64,000 bases of DNA from Lama guanicoe (Eukaryota), in contig MU053873.1 in assembly GCA_013239625.1 (NCBI GenBank), forward strand, positions 1,254,524-1,318,523. Direction: 5' to 3'. The translations under genes were made by a program, and so were the position numbers. Positions 61,136-64,000 of this stretch are shown one piece after another. Below the pieces are notes generated by a model, which saw only the letters and a list, made by a program, of their open reading frames with translations, was not told the DNA's origin and did not search any database. Numbering within the stretch: position 1 is the stretch's first letter; each line of letters opens with the position of its first letter.

Positions 61136-64000
61136 CTAGATTCCAGACATTTCAAAAACAGGAGACAGATTAGCATTATAGCAGACCTAGCTGGGCTGAG
61201 CAAAGGAAGCAGAGGTCATGATGCTCGAGAGCTCATGTTGTTAACCTGCAGAGGTAAGGCTCCCGGGTAGAAGCTGGAGCTGCCTTGAAATCAGGAATAC
61301 TTTGGAAGATCAGCAGGAGCTACTTCTGTCACTATGTTGGACTATGGATGAGGAGTGAAAGGAGATCTCAACTGACTAAATGAGAGAAGAAAATGGAAGG
61401 TTTAACCTTTTGGTAAATGATACATCAGACCTGATATTAACCTATCTGCTTTTTTGCCTTAAAGGAATTTTTCAAGCATAAATGCTTTTACTGAGTCAAA
61501 AGAGACATTTTTGTCCTTATGTTCTGTAAATAGTTATCTCCAGTCTTTAGATTTATTTTCTGTTCAGTTTATATTCAAGAATGTTGTGATTGTTTTACTC
61601 CCATCTGATTAAGTTATTAATGCTGTGATTTTTGTAAGCTTCTGTATATTAATGTTTTAAGTTCCTGAACTTCCGAAAAACAGGGTCTGTACTGAAGGAG
61701 GCAGCTGTAAAATGCAGATGCTGACAAGCAGAAAAACAAAGAGATTCTCACAAGGAATTGTGGGTATTTAATGTAACTCTTTAGTTCACAGTTCAGTAAA
61801 ACCGTGTTGTTTCCATAGAATTACGTCCTGCATTAACCCTCTGCTGAATTACATACACAGTTAGTTTTAAGGAAGCAAGATGTGTTACATTTGTTATCTG
61901 CTTTCTAGCCAGCATTTTAACTTTCAGTCCTCAGAAGGCAGGAATTCTGTTGTACCAGCACAGTTTAATCTATTTAAAGTAGTTTTGTACACATTTGTAA
62001 CTTTTACTTAATTATGGATGAGTAAACTTCTGTTTGCATTTTATTATGCTTGTGAAAATGAAAGTGAATCACAAATTGTAAGTGAAACTCACTTTTTATT
62101 TATATTTGCCCTGTTTTCTCACTATGTCCTTTTAATAATGATTTTGTAAAATGAGAATACTGAAATGCTGTACAGGAAGAAAGGGAGAAGAGGTGTTTGT
62201 ATTTCAAGGGTGGATGAAGGGGCAGGCACTGAGATCACTAGGCAACAGGCTGTGAGAAATGTAGCATTTCTCAATTGTGTTGTCATGTAACTATGGAAGA
62301 ACAAGCTAGAGCCTAACCTGGTATTTCTTTTTTAATCAAGTCCAGCTGTTGGTCATATGAACACACTCTTTCCTCTGAGTATTAAGGGTGTGTTTTCTCC
62401 TTTCCTATGGTATCTTAAATGGCTACTTACTTGTCACCTGGAATGTACTCATGTGTTCTAGGAGCCCCAGTACACTGGTCATTTTTCTTTATGAAGCACA
62501 AGTAGAATGCTCACCCCTAGTTGCATGAAACCTTTACAACAAAGAATGTGACTTGACCACATAAGTGTGTTTTTTTTTTAATATATTTTATGAATAGAGT
62601 TCTTGTTTTTAATTTGATGAGCAGGGAACTTTCCAACTCTAACCCTCTCTTTACAATCTGTCTTTAATTTGTGAAAAAGATGCACTCCAATTTTTCAGAT
62701 GTAAAACTGTTTAATGGGGTTTTTTGATTTCCTAGTTCTCTAGTTGTGATGGGTTATCCTGAAATTCATCATATACCATTTCATGGGTTTCAGTCTCCTT
62801 TTCTCATTTGCACACTTACATTTACTACTTTGATATTAAAAGGTAATCAGATAGTGTCTGACCTTAGTCCTCCTTAAATAATACACAGTTGCAGCTGTTA
62901 GACTATTTTTATAGTGTTGTTACTAACCTGGTCTTCCATGAAAGAAGTATGAAAGCGTTTTCAACATTTTAGATTGTTTAGTTCATTTTACTTATCCTCT
63001 GTGAGGCATAATCTATGCGTATTTTTAAGGTTGTTCTGAGTTTGAGCATGGAACTTTTTAAAAAAATTCTTTATCTTCTTGGTGGCATTAAGAAACAATT
63101 ATTTTTTCCCTCTGTTTTCTGTAACCTTCTCCCCATTGCCCCTTAATTTTGTAGCATGTTTTTAAGACATTTTAAGTCCTAACACTGGACAGAGCTTGTT
63201 CCGGTAATCATCCTGATATATTCAGATAAGATAAATCTAAAAACCTGTATAGTAATCATCTATTCTTAGCTGAGAAAATTAGGTAGTTATTATAGGTATG
63301 AATATTTGCTTTATAGACCATAAAATGGTCTATATCAGGTACTTGATATGTTTTAGGTCTTATATCAGGTTCTTGAGATGCCACATACACAAGTGTGTTG
63401 TTTATGATGCACAATCTATTAATAAGATTATGCCAACTAATGTAGATGTATAGGAAAATAATCATGTGACAAAAGGAAGACATGTTCTTGCAGTCATAGC
63501 TGTAGGTGAAAATCATTGAATTCTGTTTGTTAGTGGTATCTTCCTCCTACCTGTTGAAATTTTAAATTATACGTGTATATTTGATAAGTATTCATGATTA
63601 TTAGTTTCCTTAAATACTTTGAATAATTATTTAAAATTTTATCCACCAAATCATAATATGTTATATATTTATTTCTTGGAATTGCCTGATACTTAATTCA
63701 CTACTCTATTTTTATTTTGTGACATTCTGCAGTATATTAGTTATCTCAAGGGATGATATAAAATTATTAACATAAAATTACTTTTATTTTATATAAATAT
63801 ATTTGTCTTAATTATTTTTGAGGAAGAATGCTATTGCAAAATCAAACAATGATAGAATGAGAAGATTTATTTAAATAAATGCTAATTTTCACTTAGTCTA
63901 AGAGGATATGGTTTGAAGCCCCTGGGACTTTAGCCTCCTAAGACAGTCTTTGCAATGCTTTTAGAATAAGAGATATAACTGAAACCTGAAGACCCCAAAT

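Noticed and set aside
33809..64000. Further TTC28 coding exons or nested genes in intron 2
   Set aside because: No ORF with TPR or other protein-like character was found; ORFs in the track map to L1, L2, LTR or low-complexity sequence. Small or non-coding exons cannot be excluded by eye.

Overview
Mammalian genomic DNA, probably a camelid (Camelus/Vicugna/Lama), judged from four tRNA-Ala-derived Vic-1-like SINEs. The window holds the 3' part of CHEK2 (+ strand; last 8 coding exons, 647-11404, covering most of the kinase domain and the C-terminal tail). About 4.6 kb further on, in the same orientation, lie the CpG-island promoter, exon 1 (16055-16156) and exon 2 (33530-33808) of TTC28. The remainder is TTC28 intron 1 and the start of the very large intron 2, filled with L1, L2, MIR, MaLR/ERVL LTRs, an env-less ERV1-type pol/LTR remnant and DNA transposons. 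Almost all ORFs in the supplied track are spurious or repeat-derived. I found no new gene or clearly new biological system. The best leads are: (1) no canonical poly(A) signal in the proximal CHEK2 3' UTR, with the first AATAAA supplied by a sense MLT1 LTR about 2 kb downstream; (2) an in-frame CHEK2-to-TTC28 read-through splice is possible; (3) an in-frame strong-Kozak uORF / YY1-like site in the TTC28 leader; (4) an L1 insertion with a 3'-transduction signature; and (5) several small retrotransposition and template-switch scars. Human orthologue and repeat-consensus comparisons come from memory and need confirming by alignment.
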